This document shows positions 1 to 12,600 of a DNA stretch of 64,000 bases, piece by piece. The stretch's first letter is position 1. Every line of letters begins with the position of its first letter. Made by a program: the position numbers and the translations under genes. The notes beneath the pieces were generated by a model that was not told the DNA's origin, ran no database searches, and worked only from the letters and a program-made list of their open reading frames with translations. Source of the DNA: Zygnema circumcarinatum SAG 698-1b (Eukaryota; Plantae; Zygnematophyceae); the NCBI GenBank assembly GCA_037447605.1, contig CM074813.1, forward strand, positions 1,302,001 through 1,366,000. Reading direction: 5' to 3'.

Positions 1-396
1 GGAAGTAAGGCCATGTCCTGGTCATGGCTGCCTAGTACAGATGCCCTGCGTTGTAGCCAATCCATACAGTAAGAGTCCTTGGGGATCGGAGTGTGTGAAC
101 TGGAAGAGGAATGCTCGTTAAGTCCTTTTGAAAGGTAATTGGGCATCACGTCTTGAGACTACAAATGGAGGGAAAGGGGATTTGTACATTTGGGGGGCGG
201 GGGACGGGTGAACCAGACTACAAGCGCGAGGGGTTGACGGGTATGGAGAGACATACGCCGCCGACTCCTTGACTAACCGTCCTCAGTAGTAGGCTTAATG
301 TCTTCAGAGCATGGAGGTTTGGGCGGGAGAAGGTCAATGGGGAGGGGGTCATTGATGGGGGGGGGCTCTGACATCAAGCATGTGTTTTTGGAGCAG

Positions 397-2066
397 AAAG
401 CGTCAGGACGAAAGTTCAAGGATGTGCTCGAGGATGCATTCGTCAAGCCGTTAGGAGTGCAGGGGGAGTTCTACATCGGTATTCCTCCGGGTGAGAATAT
501 TGTTGCTCTGATTGATGCCGTGCATTGTTGATTGTCAATTTAGGAGCGAGTCTGGATAAGGTCTGGCCTCGATGAAGTATGCAGGAGGCAGATATACAAT
601 TGAATATCTATCTGTCTAAGCTATTAGTTGACGCAATATTCCGATGGACACCGGCTGAACGAGACGATCGAAATCATTTTGCTACATATTTCTCTGGGTG
701 CATCAATGCACTGCCTACCTACAGTTGTTGACAAACCCAGAGCCAGCAAGTTCATCTCAAAGAGAAGTTCCTTTTTTGCATCCTAGCTTCACTTCTCTTC
801 TCAACTAAAACTCTGTTAGAATGTGCATTAAGTGCTCTCTCCCTCTCCCTCTCCCTCTCTCTCTCCCTCTCCCTCTCCCTCTCCCTCTCCCTCTCCCNNN
901 NNNNNNNCCCTCTCCCTCTCCCTCTCCCTCTCTCTCTCCCTCCCTCCCTCTCTCCCTCTCCTCCCTCTCCTCCCTCCCCTTCCTCCCCTCCCCCCTCCCT
1001 CCCTCCCTGCCTCCCTCAATCCCTCCTCTCTCTCTCTCTTTTCCCGCGCTTTTTTTCCTAGTAAAGTACTTACGGAACTCCAGCAACCGCATGGTCTTAC
1101 TGTCGGCACATGTCTTTTCCTGCAGGTGTCGAGTCTCGGCTGACCACTCTGGTGATGGACAAAGATGAGCTCCAAGGGGAGGGCAGCATGTCCATGAGGG
1201 CTCGCCTCGCAGAGGTGGCGCAGCAGAGGCGTGCCGAGGGCCTGCAGGATCCGCCCCTTCCAGCCTCCTCTGCCGCTGATTTGGCAGCGGCAGCTGCCCC
1301 TCTTCCCCTACTTTTTAACACTCTCTTCATTCGCCGTGCTGTGATTCCGGCAGCAAATGGCCACTTTTCTGCACGTGCACTTGCGCGATTCTATGCGGCA
1401 CTAGCAGGGAACGGTCAGGTCCCAGAGCTTCCCACGTCAAGCACTCCTCCTTTGGGGCAGGCGCAGCAGTTGCCCGAGGTGGCTGAGGAGAACAAAGTGG
1501 AGGGCAGTGAGAGGGCCCGAACCGGCTTGAGGTTGAGAGCTCAAGATAAGGTGAAGATGATGCTAGGCAGGAACAAGGGAGCCGAAGGTGAAGGGAAGGG
1601 AAAGCAGGACATAGAGCTCGACGGCCTTTTGTCAGTCAATCAGACCTCGGAAGAACGGGAGAAGCACCTGCTGTTTCTGAATCCGAACATTGTAGACGCC
1701 TTCGTTGCTGGAGGCGAATACAGCCATTTGTCTCCTTCTACCGCCAACTTTGGACTGGGATTTCAGCTTTTCCATTCTCCAGTGGACTCTCCGCCCGGTC
1801 TTGGCCGAAACTTGGAGCCGCTTCAAAGGAAGCCTTCTTTGCAGAGGAAGCCGGCCTTTGGGCACGCAGGTCTCGGCGGTTCCGTGGCCTTTTGTGATCC
1901 GGAAAGCCAGTTTTCTATTGCTGTGACATTGAACAAGCTGACTCAGCGAGGCGAGGTGGCAGCGGCCATCGTGCGGTTGGTCTGCTCTGAGTTGGGAGTG
2001 CCTGTTCCGGCAAAGTTTCGGCCCGACTGGGTTTCGGGGGCAGACATGTTGCGAACAGTGGCGTGA
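397..2066 (+). CDS. 3' part of ABC1 atypical kinase / beta-lactamase-like fusion protein (At5g24810/ABC1K11-like); exons 397-490 and 1126-2066; 5' end outside window
   Basis: Splicing gives KASGRKFKDVLEDAFVKPLGVQGEFYIGIPPG|VESRLTTL. Later motifs LFNTLFIRRAVIPAANGHFSARALARFYAALA and FGHAGLGGSVAFCD...IAVTLNK match the recalled C-terminal beta-lactamase domain of the plant fusion protein. Only this domain is visible in the window. Confidence 0.85.
835..1040. repeat. (CTCTCC)n/(CT)n microsatellite with 10-N assembly gap (898-907), intronic
   Basis: Directly visible. Confidence 0.95.
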
Positions 2067-2963
2067 TTTGGTGAAGGGGAGCACAGGAACGATGTCGGGC
2101 TTGGCTTCAGCCAATGAAGGTCTATTGATGGGCAACTTTTTTCTTTTTTGCAGTTGCCGATTGAGAATGGGCGTACTGTGGAATTCATTATCCATTACCC
2201 ATGTTAATAATTTTTTGGGCTGCGCAGTATGTAATTAATCTGGGGTTAGACTTGAGGAGTTTGACTATGCAGTTGAGGCAAGGCATGTATATTACATTTT
2301 AGTCTCTGGTCTACTGCTTGTTGTAATGCGTTCTTCTTGTAAAATGTTTCTGTCGTTGTGCCACTTGAATGATTCGGTGATTGTGTTTATTGTAAGACCG
2401 AAGAGTCGTTGGAGCGACCACTATGTGCATGTTGATTCGAAACGTGGCCCTTTCTCAATTCATGTTAGCACGCAATGATCTTCCCGAGAATGGGAGCCTT
2501 AGCATGAGGTCAAACTCATCACGATGTCTTATATAGAGCAAGATACGTTTGCACCAATATGGGGCGAGAAAAATAATAATTTACAGCTTAAGCTTAACTT
2601 TGCTACTGGAGAGTAAGTTAGAGCTATCCAAGATCGCTATAGCAGCCACGATCAAGACAATGTGCGACAAGCAGTCACAACGTGTCTGGGCAGACGCAAA
2701 GACACTGTAAGCTCCGCGCGTGCCTTTATACCCATCACCGGACTGCTCTGAAGCTTTCTCCAGAGGAGGCGGGGAAGGAAACAATTAAGGGCCAGCCAGA
2801 CAGCTGGCGCCAGGACTTGGCTTCCCTACCTAAAACACTGACTGCATCAAACAACGCAGCTCGAAGCTGTCCACTAAAGTACTTTACAACTCATACACAA
2901 TTGCGTGTATGTGTACATCCGTACTCAAATGCTCGTCTCCTATAACAGCCATTCTACCCCAGA

Positions 2964-4181
2964 TTACAACCGCAGAGTAAGTTCAAGGTCATCCTTACTT
3001 CCCTCCACGTGCCCATCATGCATGTGTGCGTCGCTATGGCCATGGCCATCGGTCGCCATGCTCTGTGCGAGAGCGCGATGTAGAGCCTCAGCAACTTGAA
3101 CTGCTACTTCAAGCTGCCGCCTGCTATCCTCCCACAGCATGCGCACACTACCATGGCCTCCCATTTTACTCTCATCGCCTCCCGTCAACTTCATTGTCAC
3201 ATCATCCGCCATGGCTTCAAGCCTTCCAGGACGGAGTTGCAACTCTGGGTTGAGGCGCTCCTGCGTACTGTAACGCACAGAAATGGAGGAGCAAAGAAGG
3301 CGGCCGCCCGCCTGCACACTGTCTCTTCCTGCTGCCTCTGCAGACGCTTCTGAAAATTCCTTCGAGATGGATCCGAACGCAAAAGTTGGAGAGACTACTT
3401 GCTGGCATATTTCACTTCCATGCCGCCTTTTTTGGGACTCTTCCTCGCAGTTTCCTCGGCTCCCATGCACTTTTGGATGCCGTTTCCATGAGCCGAAAGC
3501 GTTCCCTCGGCGGCAGGAATGCCGCCATGGCTCCTGCACGGGAGTGTGGGGCGGAGAGGGGGAGTTGCGAGCGATGGCGAGGCTCGAGCAGAGCTCAGAA
3601 GATGGGCCACTCTCTGTTTGAATTGAGACATCAATGGCGGGAGGGCGGTATGTTGGAGCCAGCTCTGAGAGGGATATGGGAGGCGGAGGGGGGGGGCTGG
3701 TTCGAGGTCGTAAGGGTTTTAAAAGGGGAGGAGCATTGCAAGGAGCCCTTTTTCCTGAAGGACTTTTAGAATTCTTTAAATTTTTTGGCGCGCCGAGAGA
3801 GTGGCGGGGGCTGGGGATGACCTTTCCCTTTATCTCCTTCCACACAATCTGCGAGTCATGGCTTCCTCCTCCTCCCGAGCTCCTCCGCTGTGCTCTGCTA
3901 TCATCTACGCTGCCATCGGGTGCTCTACTGGGAAGGGTAACGCCGCCGGAGGTAGGTACCACCGGAACAATCTGAAAGGGCGTAGCAGCGGTTGCAGACT
4001 CCTCCTCTTTGAACTTCACCTCCTCCGCCATGGCGCCCTTCTGCTGCGCCTCCACGCCCTGCAGCAGGACACTCCCTCCTCTCTTCCCCGCCCCAGCGAG
4101 CGCAAGGAGGTTCGCCGCCGCTCTCCTCACCCCCAGCGGACCGCCCTCCCCCCTTCGGCCCCTCCCCGACTTCGGGGCCAT
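2964..4181 (-). CDS. Intronless, low-complexity ~405-aa protein of unknown family with C-terminal EAR motif (DDLELTLRL*); putative transcriptional repressor/adaptor
   Basis: Long uninterrupted ORF; ATG 4181 in GCAGCCATGG context; TATAAA (minus strand) ~95 nt upstream; terminal LxLxL/DLELxL motif; basic clusters (KRHPK...KRRH); no recognisable folded domain. Confidence 0.7.
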   Translation of the reverse strand: MAPKSGRGRRGEGGPLGVRRAAANLLALAGAGKRGGSVLLQGVEAQQKGAMAEEVKFKEEESATAATPFQIVPVVPTSGGVTLPSRAPDGSVDDSRAQRRSSGGGGSHDSQIVWKEIKGKVIPSPRHSLGAPKNLKNSKSPSGKRAPCNAPPLLKPLRPRTSPPPPPPISLSELAPTYRPPAIDVSIQTESGPSSELCSSLAIARNSPSPPHTPVQEPWRHSCRRGNAFGSWKRHPKVHGSRGNCEEESQKRRHGSEICQQVVSPTFAFGSISKEFSEASAEAAGRDSVQAGGRLLCSSISVRYSTQERLNPELQLRPGRLEAMADDVTMKLTGGDESKMGGHGSVRMLWEDSRRQLEVAVQVAEALHRALAQSMATDGHGHSDAHMHDGHVEGSKDDLELTLRL

Positions 4182-4269
4182 GGCTGCCGGTCCCTCCCTC
4201 TCTCTCTCCCTCCCTCCCTCGCCGGATGTCCGCAAGGTCACACGTGCGACTCCGTCGTAGGTCCCCCCG

Positions 4270-4645
4270 GCCGCTTTATAGGGAGCCTTCCTCCGTCGCG
4301 CGCACACAGTCACTTGCCGTCCAATGGCGTCACGCCACGTACGCATGTGTGTACACGTGGCACATTATGATTGGTCTCAATGGCGGAGTTCGCGGCAATA
4401 ATAAGGTGAGTAATATGAGCCGGCGCGCGCCATTTGGCGGGAAAGCCTTGTCGTGCGGGACCAATTAGGCATCTCCACGTGTTAGAGTGTGTACACGTGG
4501 TAGGCCACGATTCGTTTGAGGCTCGCCCGCGAGCGCGCGCCCGGGCGGGCCACCGCTATCTCGGGCCCTCGAGGGCGGCCCTGTGGGCCGTAGGCACGTG
4601 TCGTTATGCACACGTGGCGAGCCTTCCCGGCGTCACGTGGACGCG
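4270..4645 (-). promoter_or_regulatory. TATA box plus G-box/ABRE cluster upstream of the EAR-motif gene
   Basis: TATAAA ~4275-4280 (minus strand); CACGTG at 4354, 4476, 4494, 4595, 4611, 4634; GCCACGT at 4335; direct repeat GTGTGTACACGTGG at 4347 and 4487. Confidence 0.7.
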
Positions 4646-5156
4646 AGACGCGGGGCGAGTGCGTCATTCGCGGGTCGCACGAGGGACGCGCAAAAGCCGC
4701 GAGGGGGCCACCGACCATATTCGCTGTGCCTGTCGCATGGGAATTCTAACGGAAAGGCCGTTTCACGACCAAAGTTTACGTTCCATGTGACGAGCTTAAA
4801 GCCTGAGGGGCTCGAATGGTTCGACCAATAGGGGACGTCTGCGGACGGTCCGGGCACAGCCTTGCTGGATTGGGACACACCTTACGCAGACCATACGGAT
4901 GCTATATGGTTAACCACACAGCCTGTGTGTTTTGTACAGCTCATGGCTTCTACCGTTCTTCCTTTCTTTCAAACTTGGGTCCCTTTGAGAGCGGTTGGTC
5001 CCTATGCTGGCTATGTGCATGCACATTTGATGGCATCGCCATCGTGAGAGCACTTCCATGTTACTTCCCCCTTTGTTCGAAGGCTAAGTAGGAATTGAGG
5101 AGGCGAGTTTCGACCTGAGTGGAGTAGAGACATACACTCTTCGGTCCATGCATGCG

Positions 5157-5224
5157 ATCATCATCATCATCATCATCATCACCATCATCTGCTTTGATGA
5201 TAATAATAATAATAATAATAAATA
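5157..5224. repeat. Compound (ATC)n/(AAT)n microsatellite
   Basis: Directly visible. Confidence 0.9.
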
Positions 5225-5756
5225 GAAAAGCAGCCATGCGCTGAACGCACTCGGGCATGCGGGAGGCCTCACTCAGCATGTCATGTCCATCTGCGGCACC
5301 AGCAACAGGCGGTTTAGCCATATGATCTCTGCTCTGCGGACCATGGCCATGCTCGTCTGCCTCATGAGAAAAAAACAGGATTCTCATTGAAACAATCGAA
5401 GGTGATGTTTCCGCAGGATGAAGGCCTCTCCAAGTCTCCTGCCCTCTCTCCCACTCCCTCCTATGCATACAGAACATCTACAATCTGCTAAATACTGGCA
5501 AACACAAACCTTTGCCTTCCCCTTCCCCAGATATTGCATACCTCTGAATGAATCCAGTCATTATGAAGCCATCACTGTTGACCGTGATTTATACTTGCCC
5601 GCGTTGTCAAGGTAGTGATCGTTTAGTAAGGATTTCTTTACAAAAGTTTTCTTGGACTAACAAACAGGGAAAAAAAAAAACAAGAACGTGCAAAGCCTAA
5701 GCCCGAATCTGCAATCATGTACAATTTTCTCAGCCTCAGCACAACCCACACTAACC

Positions 5757-7788
5757 CTATGATTTTTTGCTGTCAATCGCTGCTTCGACCGCAACTTCAG
5801 CTGCCGCCACCGCCACCGCAACCGCTGCCGCACTGCTAGCAGTTCCGGTGGAGCCATAGCCGCCTGCACCTCGTGCAGTACTTTCCAATTCCTCCACTTC
5901 TTGCACCTCCGGTGTTGCGATTCTCTCCAGAATAAGCTGAGCCACTCTGTCGCCGGCCTTCACAGGGAAGTCCGCATCTGAAAAGTTGAACAAAATTACA
6001 CCAACATTTCCACGATAGTCGAAATCCACCACGCCAGCTCCAACATCAATGGAGTGTTTCCATGCGAGGCCTGATCGAGGAGCTGCATCATAGGCAACAT
6101 GCGAACATGCGATTAACTCAACTGCTTTGATGGTCTGGCTGCAAGGTTGCAACAAGGAGGCATAGAGCCCAACTTGACCAAAACGTAAAGGTGACCCACA
6201 CATTTGTATCTGGCAGCTTTCTGAACTAGCCAGAAAGCATCATAACAGAGTGCTAACACGAGTACTATCCACCTCACTAAAGCAACACAGGCTTCCGGCT
6301 AGTACATGCTGCTCATGCATAACAGCCATGAAGATTGGGCTTAATTATGGCTGCTTCCAAATCCGATCACATCTAACTCATCGTATGTTTTCCAAAAGTC
6401 TCTGTGAGAAACTCTGGCACGTGACAAATTGCTTTCATTAGTTGCTAAGAAAGTGCATAGAACAGGCCTGTTTGCTTCACTAATGTCCACTTGATGATTC
6501 ATTCAACGAGGTACTCAAAGGAAAGGCCTTGCGAAGATATGAAGAAAAAACGGTCAACCGAAAAGCAATCTAACATACGTTGATTTTGCCTTATCAATCA
6601 ACCAATCACTTGCTCAAACTCGGCGATAGCAGCTCATCCTGAAAAAATAAAACCCAAATGATCTGAACTGCTGCAGTTGCTAGTTGAAATGGAGTTGATT
6701 TTCATTTTCGTATTCACAAATAAGGATTCTATTCCTAGATTTCAACTTGACTATCTCTTCGCAGGTTTCAACGTCGAGAGTGGGGAGCATTTGCGCTTAA
6801 GGTTATACGAGCATTCAATCCTCCTGTAGCAGTAAATTCAAGGGAAATAAACACATCAACATTCATATGCTCTCACTCAATGTATCACGACTTCCTCACC
6901 TATTCGGGCATAGGTGCCGGGTGGGATAGCCACAGCAAGATCCGTCTTGATGAGCGCCTTGCCACGAGCTGGCACTGTCGCATCGTGGGCACTGCAAGAT
7001 CAGGAAAGTTGGCTCAGCAGAAGGTTGTCTATCTAACAAAAAGGGAGGGGTGGGGGAGGGAGAGAGAGGGAAAGGAAAATGGGCATCCAGAAGGTTACTC
7101 ACAAGAACCTTAAGTGAAACAGAATGGTATCTGATCATCAAATAATAACCTTTAGCAATTCGCGCTAAGGACATTTGATGACAACCAAGTGCTTTGTGCG
7201 CACGCGATCATTGACGAGAAACTTCCTCGCGAACACGGACAAGGAAATCCACGATCCAGCCCTGTTGAAGATTCGTTTTGACGCATTATATGACAGAAGC
7301 ATTCAAGCTAAAGAAGGCAGTGCCAAGAGACGAACAAGGATGGATTTAAATATAAGAGCACTCCCCAGAACGAGCATTAGAAGTCACCTAGCGAGATCAT
7401 ATCCTGCTGCGCCGGATGAGCCACGAACAGGGAGAATCGCGTTGGCGCTGAGTTTCTTGACATAGAGAGGCGGGCAGGCGGTGTCCTCCAGAGGAACTGC
7501 AGGGGGGAAGGGCAAGCCAGGCGAGCTGCCTGCCGCGACTTTGGCGACCTTGGCGGGCTGCTCGTGGAGGCTGCCTACTCCATTTTCCACGCTGTCGCTG
7601 GCTCCGGTCTGCGTAGTCATGGCAGACGGAGAGAAGCAGCGCAGGCGAAGATGGAGAGTCGGAGGGTTGGGAGGGCGAGGAGAGACGAGGCTGAGGCAGG
7701 GGGGAAGGGAGGAAGGAAGGCGGAGGGCGAGAGGGAGGCGGAAGGAGAGAGGGAGAGACCGCGGGAGCAGCGGAGAGAGGCGCGACAT
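5757..7788 (-). CDS. DUT: Trimeric dUTPase; exons 7788(or 7620)-7388, 6991-6900, 6082-5757
   Basis: All five motifs present: [41 protein letters not shown]; GT-AG introns in phase. Confidence 0.97.
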
Positions 7789-7794
7789 TTGTAA

Positions 7795-7836
7795 ATTGGC
7801 GCGCGTTTTGGCCTCTCGCTTTGGGGGCTTTCCCGC
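7795..7836. promoter_or_regulatory. E2F sites in the dUTPase promoter
   Basis: TTTCCCGC 7829-7836 and ATTGGCGC 7795-7802 (WTTSSCSS consensus), next to an S-phase gene. Confidence 0.7.
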
Positions 7837-8039
7837 GTTTTGCAGAGACTTTGTAAGTTTGACTTACGAATCCAGTTGTTGTGTGATCCAAAGGAAGCAC
7901 CCCGAGTACAAAAGTTGGACGACAGCATGTTTATGTGCTGGTGGCCCGTGCGCTGCTTGCTATTGTTAGGACAAAATGGCCTGTGTGGTGTTTTAGTCAT
8001 CCCTGAATGAAGCAGTGAGTTGTTTCGTGTTTCATTCAT

Positions 8040-8130
8040 GGAGGGAGAGGGAGAGGGAGAGGGAGGGGGAGGGGGGGGGGGGGGGGNNNNNNNNNNAAGG
8101 GAGGACGAACGAGACAGATAGAGAGCGAGC
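8040..8130. repeat. GA/G-rich microsatellite with 10-N assembly gap (8087-8096)
   Basis: Directly visible. Confidence 0.9.
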
Positions 8131-9650
8131 GAGAAGTTTTGAGTTTGAGGTTTGGATCCACTGTTACTGTTGTGCCGCTAAGGGTTAACTCGCCATCCCT
8201 TTCATAACCAGTCCGAATCATTTTGGCTTCTGAACCAAGTGGGGACCAGACCGATTGTGGGTCCCACAAGACAAAGAGTGCAATATCAACAAATATGTTT
8301 GTTTCCTTGAGCACACAACGCAGCATGCAGGACGTAACGCAAACTTTCATTGAACTCGCGATGGCGAGGCCATCAAATTTACATGGATAAAGGCAAAATG
8401 TGGAACCACGAAGGACTGGTCACAAAGGACCGAAACACAATAAAACGAAGCTAGGAGCGGAAAACTACGCCTAGGCACAACAACGCAGCCCTAGAAGCAG
8501 CCGCGAAGGTCACCGATGTGAGGCACGTCGCGAGGAGGGAGCGGCGGAGGGAGCATGCAGGGGTTCAAAGTCATACAGGATTTCATAAATTGCTTCCACA
8601 CACCTTGAATGATTAATTTACAAATTCTTTAATCAAAAGAATTTCTCCATATAGGACAGGCTCCACAGAAGGACTGCTCGACTCTCTGTAGATTGTGTGC
8701 AGATCAAACACTGCATTATATACGGACCAACTCACACGTGTTGAGTGTTTAGCAAGTGGGTGCCTTAAGTCGCGGGTTTGAACGGAGCTGATGGCAATGA
8801 CGCCCGTGACTTTGAAGACGAACTGTTTAGCTCCATGGACTTCGATGGGTCGTTGGACGGTCCAAACCTTTAGTCCATATGTATATGTATCGAACGCGTG
8901 TTAGGGTTAACCGCATGAGACTAGTACAAGGTGTCCTAGAGCTGCCTTACGGCTTGAAGCTTCAATTATTATAATCAATCTCTGTCTAACCAGCGAGAAA
9001 ACGAAGAAAAGACGTTAAACACATATAAAGTACACTGTATTTTAAAACGTCGTCTAATACGCAATCATTATACGGTGTATTATACAGGCGTTTGATACAT
9101 ACGGATCTGTAGAGGGAGGGAGGGAGGGAGGTAGGGAGGGAGGGCGTACGAAAGGGTCAGAAGTATGTATGGATGGCAGTGCGCGCTTTGTCTGGTCGAG
9201 GAAGAAGAGTATGGGTTTACCTGAAAAGGTTACTCGAAACAAAAGGAATTTCGATGTCTGTGGTTCCAATGTACGTAAGATGCAAACCATGGGTTTTCCC
9301 TCCCACGTTTCCTTTTCATCGTCGTTGCTGTTTTTCCTTGCTGTTTTTTTTGTAGTATCCCCCGTTTCTGAAACTAGGTTTGCTGCTTTCAGTTGACAGT
9401 GCGAGATAATGATAGCTTTTGCTTTGGATTGTGAATGCACACCCCCGACCTTCATATGCTTTGTAAGCGTGGGGGCAAGAACCCAAAAAAATGCTTTGTT
9501 TAGATGTTTCAGAGGGAATGTAATTGAAAAAAATTACCCTGTGTGGTTCCCGAAATGGAGAACCCATATTAAGGGATAATGAAAAGAATGGTGCTGGACA
9601 CAAGCAGTGCGCCCAGCCAATAGGACCAGCCCTGCTGCCCCCAATCTTCT

Positions 9651-12600
9651 TCACTCGGCCCAGGATGCCCCGGTAGCCATGGCCATGAAACCGTACACAT
9701 CCGCCACTTCCTCAATTTTCTTCTTCGTGGGCTTTCCAGCTCCATGGCCAGCCTTGGTTTCAATCCTCGCTACAATCGGGTTCCTTTGCGGGCTCGTTCC
9801 GTCCACACTGCACACAACAGAATCCCTTCCATGGATTGTTCTCTGAGCAAAGGGACCTTCACAGCATGGATTGGTAAGCCTTGACCAAAAGCAAGGGTGG
9901 AAACTGTGAGCTTCTTCAGGCTTTGTCTGAACCTAGAAAAGGGAGCGCGGGCTGACCTGTGGAACAGAACATGGTGCATGGTGGCGATGTACTTGAGGGA
10001 ATGCAGAGGGACCACGCGGTCATCGTGGTCCCCCGTCAGCACCATGGTGGCCGGATACTGCACCTCACATCCCTCCACAGCTTTCTCCCAGGGCCTCCTA
10101 ACGTTGTGCAGAGGAGAGTACCTGCACAACCATTAGTCAAACCTGAATCAATATCGCGGTGATCGCTCGCCTCCACACTTGCGCCCTCCCTGACTCCCAT
10201 TCATACGAATAGACTCTCCCTATTCTTAAAGCTCCATGCGCAACCCGGAACGTTACATGGAACCCTGCATTGCCACAATGCCTACTGCCCTCCAACACAT
10301 AGAGCGTTGCCAGGAGCGGAGCAGTGCACCGTAGAAGCCACTGGAATTGCTCAGAGTTGTCCGCACAGCCGTAGTCGGTCGTCCAATTGTGTCCAGAAGT
10401 GAACTTGTGGAATCGCAGCATGTCCATCACTCCCACATGCGCTATCGCACACCCGAAAAGCTCTGGTCGCTGCCCCCCTCAAGCCAAAAGGTCAATGAGG
10501 AGCAGTCTTGCATCCGAAAGCATTCAATCTTATCTGTGATCTGTCATCGAATACAAAAAAAAACCGTTGCAGGAAAAGGGTTCAATTTTGCACCTGATTG
10601 ATGCAGGCAGCGACAAGGAGGCCTCCATTGCTGCCACCCTCTATGCAGAGGCGAGCAGACGAAGTGTAGCCCTCCTCAACAAGGTATTCCGCACAGCTCT
10701 GCAAATCCCACCCCGTTCAGGCGGGCTGTGCGAGCAATGCCATAATCTCCATATTGAGAAAGCAAAGTCAGCCAAGTTCAGGAGTGCGGCACAAAACAAT
10801 TTTGGAAAGCTTCCTGAAACAGAGAAGCTCAAAATAAAGAAGAACGAGAGAAACAAACAGACAGTTCACCTGCCTGAAAATCATCGAAACAGTTCTGTTT
10901 TTCGCCGAGCGAGCCCGCCTTGTGCCATTCCTCCCCGTACTCATTCCCTCCGCGAATGTTAGCCACCGCCACCACAGCGCCAAAGTGCTGCATGAGGACT
11001 ACACGTGACACGGAGAAGGAGGGCATGATGGAGATGCTGAAGCCGCCATATCCATAAAGCAGAGCAGGCCTACTGCCATCCAGGGGTGTCTCCTTCTTTG
11101 CCACGATGAACATAGGAACCCTGAGAAACCAGCCATCCAACAGTCACCATCTGCAAATTAATGTGCTTGTATCGGGAAATGCATTTTGCAAGACAAAACT
11201 CATCGGGTTAGCATGTTTTGAGTATTCATATTTGAAGAATTGCTACGATTGATTTTGTCGACAGGGCCTTTACATGCGTTATATATAGATGTAACCTGAT
11301 AGCCTCCAACGAAGGAACTAAGGTGGATATACGGGGACACACGTGACTAGTGGTGTGTGGTTGAGAGCCACCTGGTATGCAGCCCCCCCTAAAGACTCTC
11401 CAAGCTCAGCCATTTCATGCATGCCTGCACCGACGATGTGACACAAAGTAGTATTCTATTGCATGAACGCTCAAGAATCCATGTCCAGAGCAACCGGTTA
11501 AACCATGCCCACGATCAGCTTCGGTTTCAACAATAGCAGGACACCCGGAGGTCCACTGATCGAACTGCGGATCAACCGAGCTGGACTTTTCTGTACTGGA
11601 AGCAGAATATTCCATGCGGCAAAACCTTTTAGCCTTTTTAGAATATTGGGAAATGAACCCCCCCACCCATCTCTCACCGTGTGCCGTCCCGGCTGCTGAC
11701 AAAAACCTGTCTGCTTTCAAACTGCGACGGATCAAAGCCCTTCACAGTGATCTCGCGAAAGACCTGCACGTGCACTGCCCAACCTGTCAGGCAGAGTCAT
11801 GCAGTGTCCGCTAAGGACTTTGCTCGGGCAACAGGAGGGGTGTGGAGAGAGTGAAGGGAAAGAGGGAAGGATGGAGGGGTGGGGAATGCAAGCGAAGAAA
11901 AAGGGAGGGGGAAAAGTAAAGGAGTGAAAGTGATTATAGGGATACCCAGAGAGACGAAGTTAAAGGAAAAGGCGAAAATCTACAATCGCACCTCGGGCTG
12001 TGGATGTTCCTTGCTCAGATCACAACGGTAAATGGTTCCAGGATTCAAAAATCCTGTGAATGAATAGAAGATTTCTGAATCTTTTCGCCTCCCACTGCAG
12101 GACGACACTGATCCGATCTCCAAAGGCAGAGGTTGGATCAAGATGCCGTTGCCCAAGCTGCGTATCTGCATGGCATAACACGGAAAGGAACAATTACTTT
12201 GGAAGGAGTGGACAAAGTGACAAAATGCGGCATGCAGAAACAAGACTCAGAGTCAACATCCCGCTGAAGCACCGTGAATAATGCAGTTTGAGTCTCGCAA
12301 CAGATTCCTTTGAACATCAAATGTTTTGAACAGACCAAAATAAAGGAAAGGAAGGACTCCTCGTCCTCCAATTGACAGACGGGTTTTGCCCCTCACCTGG
12401 AGGATATTCTTCACGTCGTGCGTGTAGCACACAAGGAGCATGCGCTCTGCTACGCAGCTCGCCCATTCCAGCACATCATCTCCCTCTGCGATCACATCTG
12501 CCCACACATCCGGTGCCTCCAAGTTCACTCTTTCCAACTTGTACTTGGGCGCCGCCTTGTTGGTGTGGAAGGTGAAGCTTGACCCATCGTTGGCCACATA

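Noticed and set aside
805-1175. Four overlapping ORFs of 95-115 aa
   Set aside because: Translations of an intronic CT microsatellite spanning an N gap
1821-1856. LQRKPS-LQRKPA tandem duplication in the beta-lactamase-like domain
   Set aside because: Small duplication in a variable loop; no sign of function
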